Assembly: GCF_049243625.1 (NCBI RefSeq)
Contig: NZ_CP046975.1
Reading direction: 5' to 3' (one strand)
Length of the DNA: 32,000 nucleotides
Source: Corynebacterium amycolatum
GTDB taxonomy: Bacteria; Actinomycetota; Actinomycetes; Mycobacteriales; Mycobacteriaceae
The notes beneath the pieces were generated by a model. The model worked only from the letters and a program-made list of their open reading frames with translations, searched no databases and was not told the DNA's origin. A program made the position numbers and the translations under genes. This document shows, in pieces, positions 17,519 to 25,645 of this stretch; position 1 is the stretch's first letter; the number at the start of each line of letters is the position of its first letter.

Positions 17519-18325
17519 GTGTCCGCACAACTGAATGCTCAGTCCCTTGCTTCTGGATATGGGGAAAAACCCATTGTGAAAGACCTGACTTTGTCATTCG
17601 AAGCAGGCAAGATTACTTCGATTGTCGGACCTAATGGTTGTGGCAAATCAACGTTTCTCCGGACACTAGCTCGTCTGATTCGACCATCAGCTGGATCCGT
17701 CGAGCTGGACGGCAAGGAGCTAGGTTCCTATTCTTCCCGCGAATTGGCAAAGCGGCTCGGGCTGCTTCCGCAGACCCCCATCGCTCCTGACGGCATCACT
17801 GTCGCAGACTTAGTCGGCCGTGGTCGAACCCCTTACCAGGGAATTCTGGGTCGCTGGAGTTCAGCCGACTACGACATCGTCGCCGAAGCTATGGAAGCTA
17901 CCCGAGTCGCAGACCTCGCGGGGCGGTGCGTCGAAGAGCTCTCCGGTGGCCAGCGTCAGCGTGTGTGGATTGCAATGGCACTCGCACAACAAACCGATGT
18001 GCTGCTTCTCGACGAACCTACAACCTACCTTGATCTAAAACATCAACTAGAAGTCCTGGATTTACTAACTGATCTCAATCATCGCCGAGGCACCACCATC
18101 ATCATGGTGCTGCACGACCTCAATCTGGCTGCTCGGTATTCGGATGTCCTCGTCGCTATGCGCGACGGCCGACTGCATTCGGCAGGAGCGCCTGTCGACG
18201 TGCTCACACAAGAGCTAACCCGTGAGGCGTTCGACCTCGAATCGCTGGTTATCACCGATCCGGTCTCAGGGCTACCCACGGTTACGCCCATCGGGCGCCA
18301 CCACTCAAAACTAGCCCAGTACTAG
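17519..18325 (+). CDS. Iron-siderophore ABC transporter ATP-binding protein (FepC/FhuC-like)
   Basis: Walker A GPNGCGKST, signature LSGGQRQR, Walker B LLLDEPTTYLD and H-loop VLHDLN. AAGGAG lies 8 nt upstream of the GTG start. Confidence 0.95.
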   Translation: MSAQLNAQSLASGYGEKPIVKDLTLSFEAGKITSIVGPNGCGKSTFLRTLARLIRPSAGSVELDGKELGSYSSRELAKRLGLLPQTPIAPDGITVADLVGRGRTPYQGILGRWSSADYDIVAEAMEATRVADLAGRCVEELSGGQRQRVWIAMALAQQTDVLLLDEPTTYLDLKHQLEVLDLLTDLNHRRGTTIIMVLHDLNLAARYSDVLVAMRDGRLHSAGAPVDVLTQELTREAFDLESLVITDPVSGLPTVTPIGRHHSKLAQY

Positions 18326-18365
18326 CTCAGTAGATGTAAGCAACTCATCAGATTTAAGGATTCCT

Positions 18366-19355
18366 ATGGGATACCAGCCACACCGCGTCCGCGTTGCCCG
18401 CACGCGACAGATTTCCCCACACTTTCAGCGCATAACACTTCACGGCGTGGAGAATGTCGGCCCGAAGGACACGATTCGGGACCTCCGTATCAAGGTCATT
18501 ATCCCAGCCGCTGGTCAACTTCCAGAGCTGCCGGAGGGGGATTGGTTCGCTACCTGGAAAACCCTTGACCCCGAGACTCGCGGCTATGTCCGCACGTATT
18601 CCATCCGCGCTTTTCGACGCAACTTGCCCGACGAAGCTCCCGATGAACTCGACATCGATTTCGTGTTGCACCCCGATGCCGCTGGGCCAGCGTCTGCATG
18701 GGCTTCAAAGGCACAGGTCGACGATGAGCTGCTCATCATCGCACCGACACGAGATGATGAATCCGGCAGCGGCATCGAATTCGCCCCTGGGGCTAGTAGT
18801 CGCATCGTGATGCTTGGAGATGAAACTGCCTTGCCTGCAATTGCGAAGACTCTGGAGGAATGGCCAGCGAGAGTGCAGGGAGAGGTGTTTATTGAGATTC
18901 CATGTACAAGCGATGCCCAGAAGCTAGAGGTGCCGTCTGGGGTCTCGGTGAAGTGGCTGGCGCGAGCGGAAGATGAGCACGACACTTCGGGCGAGCTGCT
19001 GTACTCCAATCTGGTGAAGCTTGTCAGCAACGCGCTAAGCCCGGTCGCGCGAGAATCACTGTCAAGCGTTCTCGAGGGGAATACGGCGGCGACAAGTGAG
19101 GATGACCCCAACTTTCTGGTGTGGGAGACTCCAAGCTATTCCCAATTGGGTGAAGATATTTCCAATTCCAGCGGCGACGACAAGGCCAACACCGAATCTC
19201 CGAATCCGACGCTAACCGGGACTTACTTTTGGATTGCAGGTGAGTCTTCAGCGGTGATTCGGATGCGGAGGCTGCTGGTGAAGGAATGCCAAGTTCCGAG
19301 GAAGCAGGTGTCGTTCATGGGGTATTGGAAGCGGGGTTACGCCGCGAAGGGATAG
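18366..19355 (+). CDS. Siderophore-interacting FAD-binding protein (SIP/ViuB-type ferric-siderophore reductase)
   Basis: The N-terminal FAD_binding_9-like region contains RTYSIRAF and DIDFVLH. The C-terminal SIP region contains GDETALPAIAKTLE, YFWIAGESSAVIRMRR and VSFMGYWKRG. It is the last gene of the uptake operon. Confidence 0.85.
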   Translation: MGYQPHRVRVARTRQISPHFQRITLHGVENVGPKDTIRDLRIKVIIPAAGQLPELPEGDWFATWKTLDPETRGYVRTYSIRAFRRNLPDEAPDELDIDFVLHPDAAGPASAWASKAQVDDELLIIAPTRDDESGSGIEFAPGASSRIVMLGDETALPAIAKTLEEWPARVQGEVFIEIPCTSDAQKLEVPSGVSVKWLARAEDEHDTSGELLYSNLVKLVSNALSPVARESLSSVLEGNTAATSEDDPNFLVWETPSYSQLGEDISNSSGDDKANTESPNPTLTGTYFWIAGESSAVIRMRRLLVKECQVPRKQVSFMGYWKRGYAAKG

Positions 19356-19394
19356 TTTTTAAATCTCTTGCGCTGCCAACTGGCTGAGGCTCAG

Positions 19395-19450
19395 CCGGAT
19401 TGGCGCCTGATTGGACGGCTGACTGGACGGCTGACTGGACGGCTGATTGC
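19395..19450. repeat. 12-bp tandem repeat (CTGAYTGGACGG), about 3.7 copies plus a degenerate leading unit
   Basis: ctgattggacgg (19407-18), ctgactggacgg (19419-30), ctgactggacgg (19431-42) and ctgattgc (19443-50). It is preceded by the related ccggattggcgc. The position is intergenic, downstream of the SIP gene, next to the palindrome ggctgaggctcagcc (19382-19396). Confidence 0.9.
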
Positions 19451-19454
19451 CCTC

Positions 19455-19484
19455 AAACTACTTATGTAATTACCCCCGGTTTTT
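19455..19484 (+). repeat. 30-bp direct repeat, copy A (downstream side of ohr)
   Basis: AAACTACTTATGTAATTACCCCCGGTTTTT matches copy B at 27/30 positions. TTATGT (19462-67) also pairs with ACATAA (19486-91). Confidence 0.85.
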
Positions 19485-19561
19485 CACATAACCGCAGGTG
19501 GGAGACTACGACGAGTCAATTTTCTCCCCAGCACCCCTCAAATCACCCCCGTCAATCCGCG

Positions 19562-19609
19562 GGAAAAGATTAAAAACCGCGCCCGCCCATCGACGGGCTA
19601 GGCGCGGTT
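19562..19609 (-). terminator. Rho-independent terminator of ohr
   Basis: AACCGCGCC (19575-83) pairs with GGCGCGGTT (19601-09). An inner GCCC/GGGC stem lies inside the loop. On the minus strand the hairpin is followed by TTTTTAATCTTTT. It lies 20 nt downstream of the ohr stop. Confidence 0.7.
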
Positions 19610-19629
19610 ATGCAGATGAAAAGTCGAAA

Positions 19630-20049
19630 TTAGTCCTCGACGACCTCGACGGTGACCTCAATGTCGCCGCGGGTTGCGTTGGAGTACGGGCAGACCTGGT
19701 GAGCTGCGTCAGCCAGAGCCTGAGCCTCATCGTGCTGCAGGTTCGGGATAACAACCTCAAGAGCGACTGCCAGGCCGAAGCCCTCGCCTTCCTTGCCAAT
19801 GGAGACCTTTGCGCCAACGCTGGACTCACCCAGGTCGGCCTTCTTCATACGAGCAACCATCTGCAGTGCAGAGTGGTAGCAGGCAGCGTAGCCAGCTGCG
19901 AAGAGCTGCTCAGGGTTGTTGCCCTCGCCGGAACCGCCCATTTCCTTCGGGATTGCCAGATCGAATTCCAGATTGCCATTCGGAACGACAACTCGGCCGT
20001 CGCGGCCTGCGCCAGTTGCCAGTGCTTCGGTGGTGTACAAAGCGTCCAT
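19630..20049 (-). CDS. ohr: Organic hydroperoxide resistance protein (OsmC/Ohr family peroxiredoxin)
   Basis: 139 aa. It has the two catalytic Cys contexts of Ohr (NPEQLFAAGYAACYHSAL and HQVCPYSNATRGDI). AGGAG lies upstream of the ATG. Confidence 0.9.
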   Translation of the reverse strand: MDALYTTEALATGAGRDGRVVVPNGNLEFDLAIPKEMGGSGEGNNPEQLFAAGYAACYHSALQMVARMKKADLGESSVGAKVSIGKEGEGFGLAVALEVVIPNLQHDEAQALADAAHQVCPYSNATRGDIEVTVEVVED

Positions 20050-20271
20050 TGAAACAGAACTCCTAACGAATTGAGTTACGGCTAATCAGTTGCGTAATCA
20101 GTCGCAGCGAACTGCTTTTCATCATGCTCGCGTGCTGGTTCAACAGTGCGCCATTCGAGGTTTATTCCCGACCATGCCCGAATTGACGCTTACTTTATTG
20201 TGATTAACTCCATATCGACCGGTGAAGGCACACACCCCAGCCCCTACTCAGCAGCACTTGCAACCGCGCTG

Positions 20272-20301
20272 AAATTACTTATGTAAATACCCCCGATTTT
20301 T
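20272..20301 (+). repeat. 30-bp direct repeat, copy B (between the ohr and fadA promoters)
   Basis: AAATTACTTATGTAAATACCCCCGATTTTT is in the same orientation as copy A, 817 bp away. It ends about 35 bp upstream of a TATAGT-like -10 and 82 bp upstream of the fadA ATG. Confidence 0.85.
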
Positions 20302-20382
20302 GGAGGATTTCCACCCACGAATCCGCCCGAGCATATATAGTGACGCACGACACTTTACGACGAATCTGTGAGGTAAAAACAC

Positions 20383-21618
20383 ATGACTTCCGCCACCATT
20401 CAGCCGGGCGGCGAAGCCTTCATCTACGAGGCAATTCGCACCCCGCGCGGCAAGGGCAAGAAGGACGGCTCCCTCCACGAGGTACGCCCGGTATCACTTC
20501 TCGTCGGCCTCATCGACGAAATTCGCAACCGCTTCCCGGAGCTGGATGAAGAACGCATCAGCGACCTCATCGTTGGCTGCGTCAGCCCGGTCGGCGACCA
20601 GGGTGCGGACATTGCCCGCACCGCAGCACTCACCGCAGGTCTGCCGTACCGCACCGGCGGTGTCCAGATCAACCGCTTCTGCGCTTCAGGCCTCTCCGCC
20701 ATCAACTTGGCTGCTCAGAAGGTCCGCTCCGGCATGGACGAGCTCGTCCTCGCCGGTGGCGTCGAGTCCATGTCCCGCGTGCCAATGATGTCCGACGGCG
20801 GCGCAATGGCAATGGATGCACAGGTCTCGTTCGCAACTGACTTCGTCCCGCAGGGTATCTCCGCTGACCTAATTGCATCGCTTGACGGCTTTGACCGCGA
20901 GTCCCTCGACGAAATGGCAGCACTCTCCCACGCCCGTGCCGCAAAGGCTTGGTCTGAGGGTCGCTTCGACCGCTCCGTCGTCCCGGTCAAGGACGCTAAC
21001 GGCCTGACCATCCTCGACCGCGATGAGACCATCCGCGAGGGCGTCTCCGCAGAGTCCCTGGCCGGCCTGCGCGCAGCCTTCACCATGATGGGTGAGCAGG
21101 GTGGCTTCGACGCAGTTGCACTGAAGAAGTACCCGCAGCTCGAGCGCATCAACCACGTCCACCACGCAGGTAACTCCTCCGGCATCGTCGATGGCGCTGC
21201 ACTGACCCTGGTTGGTTCTGAGAAGGCTGGCGCAGACATGGGGCTGACCCCGCGCGCACGCGTTGTCGCCACCGCCGTCAATGGTGTCGAACCGACCATC
21301 ATGCTCACCGGTATCGAGCCAGCCGTCCGCGAGGCTCTGGCCAAGGCCAACCTGACGGTCGACGATATCGACGTGTGGGAAATCAACGAGGCGTTTGCCG
21401 CCGTCGTCAAGCATGCTCAGCAGAACCTGGGCATCGACTACGAGAAGCTCAACATCAACGGCGGCGCGATGGCCATGGGTCACCCGCTGGGGGCAACCGG
21501 TGCCATGATCACCGGCGCCGCAATCGATGAGCTGCACCGCACCGGTGGCCGCTACGCCCTCATTTCGCTCTGCGTGGCTGGCGGCATGGGTGTTGCAACC
21601 ATCATCGAGCGCGTCTAA
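20383..21618 (+). CDS. fadA: Acetyl-CoA C-acyltransferase (3-ketoacyl-CoA thiolase)
   Basis: 411 aa. It has the thiolase active-site Cys context ([12 protein letters not shown]), [25 protein letters not shown] and CVAGGMG. GAGG lies 10 nt upstream of the ATG. Confidence 0.95.
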   Translation: MTSATIQPGGEAFIYEAIRTPRGKGKKDGSLHEVRPVSLLVGLIDEIRNRFPELDEERISDLIVGCVSPVGDQGADIARTAALTAGLPYRTGGVQINRFCASGLSAINLAAQKVRSGMDELVLAGGVESMSRVPMMSDGGAMAMDAQVSFATDFVPQGISADLIASLDGFDRESLDEMAALSHARAAKAWSEGRFDRSVVPVKDANGLTILDRDETIREGVSAESLAGLRAAFTMMGEQGGFDAVALKKYPQLERINHVHHAGNSSGIVDGAALTLVGSEKAGADMGLTPRARVVATAVNGVEPTIMLTGIEPAVREALAKANLTVDDIDVWEINEAFAAVVKHAQQNLGIDYEKLNINGGAMAMGHPLGATGAMITGAAIDELHRTGGRYALISLCVAGGMGVATIIERV

Positions 21619-21692
21619 AGCAAACCGGAACGAAACTCACAGCGACAATTACCGCGGCCACACCGCGATAACCACAAAGGACTGACTGATTT

Positions 21693-23924
21693 ATGAGCAC
21701 AGATAACATGTTCCGGTGGGATCAGGACGACGCCGGAATCGTCACCCTCACCATGGATGACCCGAATGCGCCGGTCAACACCATGAACAAGACTTTCCAG
21801 GACGACATCCGCGCCACCGTGGAGCGCCTGGAAAACGAAATTGGCGACGGCTCTGAGACCTCCATCAAGGGCATCGTCATCACCTCTGCGAAGAAGACCT
21901 TCTTCGCAGGTGGCGACATCAAGCAGATGTCCAAGGCCACTGAGGACGATGCAGCTGACATGTTCAACATGGTCGAGGACATGAAGGCCTCCCTGCGTCG
22001 CCTGGAGAAGCTCCCAGTGCCGATTGTTGCCGCCATCAACGGCGCAGCACTGGGCGGCGGCCTCGAGGTCGCGCTGGCTGCTAACCACCGCGTTGCGGCT
22101 GATGCCCGCGGTTCCAAGATTGGCCTGCCAGAGGTCACCCTCGGTCTCCTGCCGGGTGGCGGCGGTGTCTCCCGCGTCGTTCGCATGCTGGGTATTCAGG
22201 ACGCGCTGATGAAGGTCATTCTGACCGGCGCGCAGATGAACCCAGGCAAGGCTCTCGCAGCTGGCCTCGTTGACGAGGTTGTTGCTCCGGAGCAGCTCAT
22301 TGACACTGCCCGAGCATGGCTGACCAGCGAAGATGCAAAGGCCGCACAGCCGTGGGACGAGAAGGGCTTCAAGATTCCGGGCGGCGACCCGAAGACTCCT
22401 AAGTTCGCAATGAACCTGCCGTCCTTCCCGGCAAACCTGACCAAGCAGCTCAAGGGCTCCCCGATGAAGGCTCCGCGCCTTGCGATGCAGGCTGCCATCG
22501 AGGGCTCTCAGGTCGACATCGACACCGCACTGCGTGTCGAGTCCCGCTACTTCACCGAGCTGGTCACCGGAACTCAGTCGAAGAACATGATGCAGGCGTT
22601 CTTCTTCGACCTCAATCACGCTCAGGGCGGCGGCTCCCGTCCGCTGCAGGCTGACGGCACCCCGTACCCGAAGCGCGAGTTCAAGAAGGTTGCCGTCGTT
22701 GGTGCCGGCATGATGGGCGCAGGTATTGCATACGTGTGTGCAAAGGCTGGCATGGAAGTTGTCCTGAAGGACATTTCCCTGGAGAACGCCGAGCGTGGCA
22801 AGGCCTACTCTGAGGGGCTGGAGGCGAAGGCTCTCAAGCGCGGTCGCACCACTGAGGAGAAGTCCGCAGCACTGCTGAACCGCATCAAGCCGACCGAGTC
22901 CTACGACGACCTGTCCGACGTCGATCTGGTCATCGAGGCCGTCTTCGAGAACACCGACCTCAAGCACAAGGTTCACGCCGAAATCGAGGCCGCGGTTCCG
23001 GAGACCTGCATCCTGGGTTCCAACACCTCCACCCTGCCAATCACCGAGCTGGCTTCCCACGTCAAGCGTGAGAAGGACTTCATCGGTCTGCACTTCTTCT
23101 CCCCGGTGGACAAGATGCAGCTGATTGAGATCATCTCCGGCGACAACACCGACCCGGCAATCCTCGCCGCTTCGCTGGACTTCGCTGTTGCAATTCGCAA
23201 GATTCCGATTGTCGTTACCGACTCCCGCGGTTTCTACACCTCCCGCGTCATCGGCACCGTCATCAACGAGGCTCTGCGCATGGTTGCCGAGGGCTATGAC
23301 CCGGCCATCATCGAGGCCGCTGGCCGCCAGGCTGGTTACCCGGCACCGCAGCTCCAGCTTGCCGACGAGCTGAACCTCAAGCTCATGGAGAAGATCGCTG
23401 GCGAGACCCGCGCTGCCGCCGAGGCTGCAGGTCAGTCCCTGGACGAGGGCGGCGTGCCGGCTCTGGTCGAGGCCATGCTGCACAAGTTCGAACGCCCGGG
23501 CAAGCTCGAGGGCAAGGGCTTCTACGAGTACGTCGACGGCAAGCGCTCCGGTCTCTGGCCGGGCCTGTTCAACGAGCTGCGCGAGGAGCTGAACATCACC
23601 CCGATCGCTCCGGAAGACACCGACCTGCAGGAGCTGGTCGACCGCATGCTCTTCATCGAGGCCATCGAGACTCAGAAGTGCGTCGACGAGGGCGTTCTGC
23701 TTCACGACGCCGACGGCAACATCGGCTCCATCTTCGGTATCGGCTACCCGGCCTGGACCGGTGGTACTCGCCAGTTCATCAAGAACTACGACGGCGCCAC
23801 TGTCGTCGACCCGGCTGCAGCTCGCCCGGAGCGCCGCGGTGTCGCAGGCTTCGTCGAGCGCGCCGAAGAGCTGGCCGCTAAGCACGGCGAGCGCTTCAAC
23901 GCTCCGGAGTCCCTGAAGAAGTAG
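21693..23924 (+). CDS. fadB: Bifunctional enoyl-CoA hydratase / 3-hydroxyacyl-CoA dehydrogenase
   Basis: 743 aa. The N-terminal crotonase fold has FFAGGDI and INGAALGGGLEVALA. The central Rossmann motif is VAVVGAGMMGAGIA, followed by 3HCDH domains (GLHFFSPV). Confidence 0.95.
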   Translation: MSTDNMFRWDQDDAGIVTLTMDDPNAPVNTMNKTFQDDIRATVERLENEIGDGSETSIKGIVITSAKKTFFAGGDIKQMSKATEDDAADMFNMVEDMKASLRRLEKLPVPIVAAINGAALGGGLEVALAANHRVAADARGSKIGLPEVTLGLLPGGGGVSRVVRMLGIQDALMKVILTGAQMNPGKALAAGLVDEVVAPEQLIDTARAWLTSEDAKAAQPWDEKGFKIPGGDPKTPKFAMNLPSFPANLTKQLKGSPMKAPRLAMQAAIEGSQVDIDTALRVESRYFTELVTGTQSKNMMQAFFFDLNHAQGGGSRPLQADGTPYPKREFKKVAVVGAGMMGAGIAYVCAKAGMEVVLKDISLENAERGKAYSEGLEAKALKRGRTTEEKSAALLNRIKPTESYDDLSDVDLVIEAVFENTDLKHKVHAEIEAAVPETCILGSNTSTLPITELASHVKREKDFIGLHFFSPVDKMQLIEIISGDNTDPAILAASLDFAVAIRKIPIVVTDSRGFYTSRVIGTVINEALRMVAEGYDPAIIEAAGRQAGYPAPQLQLADELNLKLMEKIAGETRAAAEAAGQSLDEGGVPALVEAMLHKFERPGKLEGKGFYEYVDGKRSGLWPGLFNELREELNITPIAPEDTDLQELVDRMLFIEAIETQKCVDEGVLLHDADGNIGSIFGIGYPAWTGGTRQFIKNYDGATVVDPAAARPERRGVAGFVERAEELAAKHGERFNAPESLKK

Positions 23925-23992
23925 GGCTCTTTTCACCTCGGCTAGCTAGTTCACTAGTTCATACGGCTTCGGCCATACAGCACACCAACCAG

Positions 23993-24040
23993 CCCCGACC
24001 GGCAGTTTTTAACAAACTGCGGGTCGGGGTTTCGGCTTTT
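23993..24040 (+). terminator. Rho-independent terminator of fadA-fadB
   Basis: CCCCGACCGGCAGTTT (23993-24008) pairs with AAACTGCGGGTCGGGG (24014-29), with 15/16 paired and a 5-nt loop. It is followed by TTTCGGCTTTT. Confidence 0.8.
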
Positions 24041-24119
24041 CGCGGGAAGGTTGGTGGACTTGGATCCGTCGTAAAGCGAAAACAACGGTTATCGCCATTT
24101 AACAGGGGTGTTTTGACGC

Positions 24120-24207
24120 AGACTCGCATGTTTGGTGGGCTTCAAATTAGAAACTCCCAGGTCAGCTCCCTGGATTTGGGCAAAAAAGGCACCAAACATG
24201 CGAGTCT
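24120..24207. repeat. 88-nt compound hairpin: perfect 18-bp inverted repeat enclosing two nested 5-bp stems
   Basis: AGACTCGCATGTTTGGTG (24120-37) is the exact reverse complement of CACCAAACATGCGAGTCT (24190-207). Inside the loop, CAAAT (24143-47) pairs with ATTTG (24174-78), and CCAGG (24157-61) pairs with CCTGG (24169-73). On the plus strand it is followed by AGGTAATTTTGA. Confidence 0.85.
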
Positions 24208-24278
24208 AGGTAATTTTGACCCTTGTAAACGCCTTTAACAGTTACTTTTGGATCTGCAGTCTGGCTCAATTGATGTGT

Positions 24279-24305
24279 TATCCACAGTCCGAAAACTATC
24301 CACAG
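24279..24305 (+). promoter_or_regulatory. Two exact copies of TATCCACAG, 18 bp apart (DnaA-box-like); candidate operator upstream of the AbiEi-like ORF
   Basis: TATCCACAG occurs at 24279-87 and 24297-305. The first, extended by one base, is TTATCCACA (24278-86), identical to the E. coli DnaA-box consensus. The second is CTATCCACA. They sit 48-75 bp upstream of the ORF start at 24353. Confidence 0.4.
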
Positions 24306-24352
24306 AAAGTTGATTTACAACGGTCTTTGGCCAGCGGGCTTCCGCACCATCG

Positions 24353-25645
24353 ATGAGAATGTCCGCCATGCGGAAAACGAGCGAGCTCATTTTCAATTCC
24401 TCCGGAATTGTGCACCTGCGAGAACAGACTCATATCAGCCGAAATACAGCACGAGGGATTCTCAGCCGGGCGGTCGAGCGCGGTGAACTTGTTCAGTTGT
24501 TTCGGGGCACTTACGCGGATGCACGAATATGGCCATCTAACAGCGATTTTCCACGAGGAATTCTTGCCATTAAGGCGGAACTCATCCGGGCACGGATTCA
24601 ATGCATTGCCATTTCGCAGGCACACCCAGATCGCGTATTAACCGGAATCGCAGCAGCGCTGATACATAGCCTGCCACTGCTCGATATTCCGCAAACGCTG
24701 ACGCTCAGTTCCAGTGTAAAAAGTGGGTCGTCGACACTTAAAACACACCATGGCCTGCAATTTCACCAGAATTACTTAGCATTGCCCCCAAGTGCCACGA
24801 CCACCATCGATGGCGTGCGGGTCACTACTCTGGCGCGAACCGTGGTTGATATCGCTGCTGCTCAGCCGCGCGTCGACGATGCCACGCGCCGCAAACCCGA
24901 GGTCTTTCGACGCTTTGTCGAAGCTATCGCGCTTGCCGACGGCGCCCTGCGTGGCTCGGTCGGAACACTTGGCTCGACGGGAATGCAGCCTCAGCAAGCC
25001 CTGCCGTGGCCGGAGGCGCCACTGCGCTTTGAGCCACCAAATTGGGACATTGAACAGGAGTTTCCGCAGCTCGCAGCGCCGCGGCACGTGGCCATTTCCA
25101 GTACTGATTTCTTACCCCACGTGCACGACCAACGGGGTCGAGTGCGTGGACCCCGCATGCTGGAGGTGCTGATGGTGGCATCGCCGTGGTCGGAAAGTGC
25201 ATTTGAGTCGGTGACAAAAGCGTTGCTCGTGGAGCTAAAACTGTCATTTGTGCAGCAACCACGAATAGTAGATGAGGCCGGGGTGTTCGTTGCGCGTGTG
25301 GATTTCCTGCTTCCGGCTCACGGAATCATCATCGAGTGCGACGGGCGAATGAAGTACGAGCCCGCGCAATCGAGAATGCAATCAACAGTGCAATCAGAAA
25401 CGCGCGCTGGCGCCGGCCAACACCACGCGGGCACCGCCAACATCTGGCATGACCGGCGTCGCGACTACCAACTCACCAACCTCGGCTACGCCATCATCCA
25501 CCTGACGTGGGATGCGATCTTTGACGGCTCGGCGGCGGGCATGATTCGTAAGGCATTGGCAGCCTCAACGACACCGCGCGGACGCTGGTTTGATGCCATT
25601 ACCGCACTTCCAAGAGGCGCATATAAATTCTCCTTTTCTGGCTAA
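24353..25645 (+). CDS. Hypothetical protein: N-terminal AbiEi-antitoxin-like wHTH region fused to a C-terminal DUF559 / Vsr-like (PD-(D/E)xK) nuclease-like domain
   Basis: 430 aa. The N-terminus SGIVHLREQTHISRNTARGILSRAVERGELVQLFRGTYA resembles AbiEi_4-type antitoxin domains. The C-terminus has ARVDFLLPAHGIIIECDGRMKYE and AIIHLTWDAIF, the DUF559 pattern. Codon usage is atypical for this window, with frequent AGA, CGA, ATA, TTA, CTA and AAT. The start is uncertain (in-frame ATGs at 24359 and 24368). Confidence 0.7.
   Translation: MRMSAMRKTSELIFNSSGIVHLREQTHISRNTARGILSRAVERGELVQLFRGTYADARIWPSNSDFPRGILAIKAELIRARIQCIAISQAHPDRVLTGIAAALIHSLPLLDIPQTLTLSSSVKSGSSTLKTHHGLQFHQNYLALPPSATTTIDGVRVTTLARTVVDIAAAQPRVDDATRRKPEVFRRFVEAIALADGALRGSVGTLGSTGMQPQQALPWPEAPLRFEPPNWDIEQEFPQLAAPRHVAISSTDFLPHVHDQRGRVRGPRMLEVLMVASPWSESAFESVTKALLVELKLSFVQQPRIVDEAGVFVARVDFLLPAHGIIIECDGRMKYEPAQSRMQSTVQSETRAGAGQHHAGTANIWHDRRRDYQLTNLGYAIIHLTWDAIFDGSAAGMIRKALAASTTPRGRWFDAITALPRGAYKFSFSG

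Noticed and set aside
19498-20052. 184-aa plus-strand ORF covering ohr
   Set aside because: It is antisense to a textbook Ohr sequence that has its own RBS and terminator, and it has no motifs of its own.
21615-23936. 773-aa ORF on the minus strand spanning the whole of fadB
   Set aside because: This is a shadow ORF. It lies exactly antisense to a gene with unmistakable FadB motifs, and its translation is low-complexity (L/V/G/A/D-rich) with no recognisable motif. Long antisense open frames are expected in high-GC genes with strong codon bias.
24278-24305. DnaA boxes as evidence of a replication origin
   Set aside because: There are only two boxes. There is no dnaA, dnaN or rpmH context and no cluster of further boxes or an AT-rich unwinding element. 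A local operator is the more economical reading.
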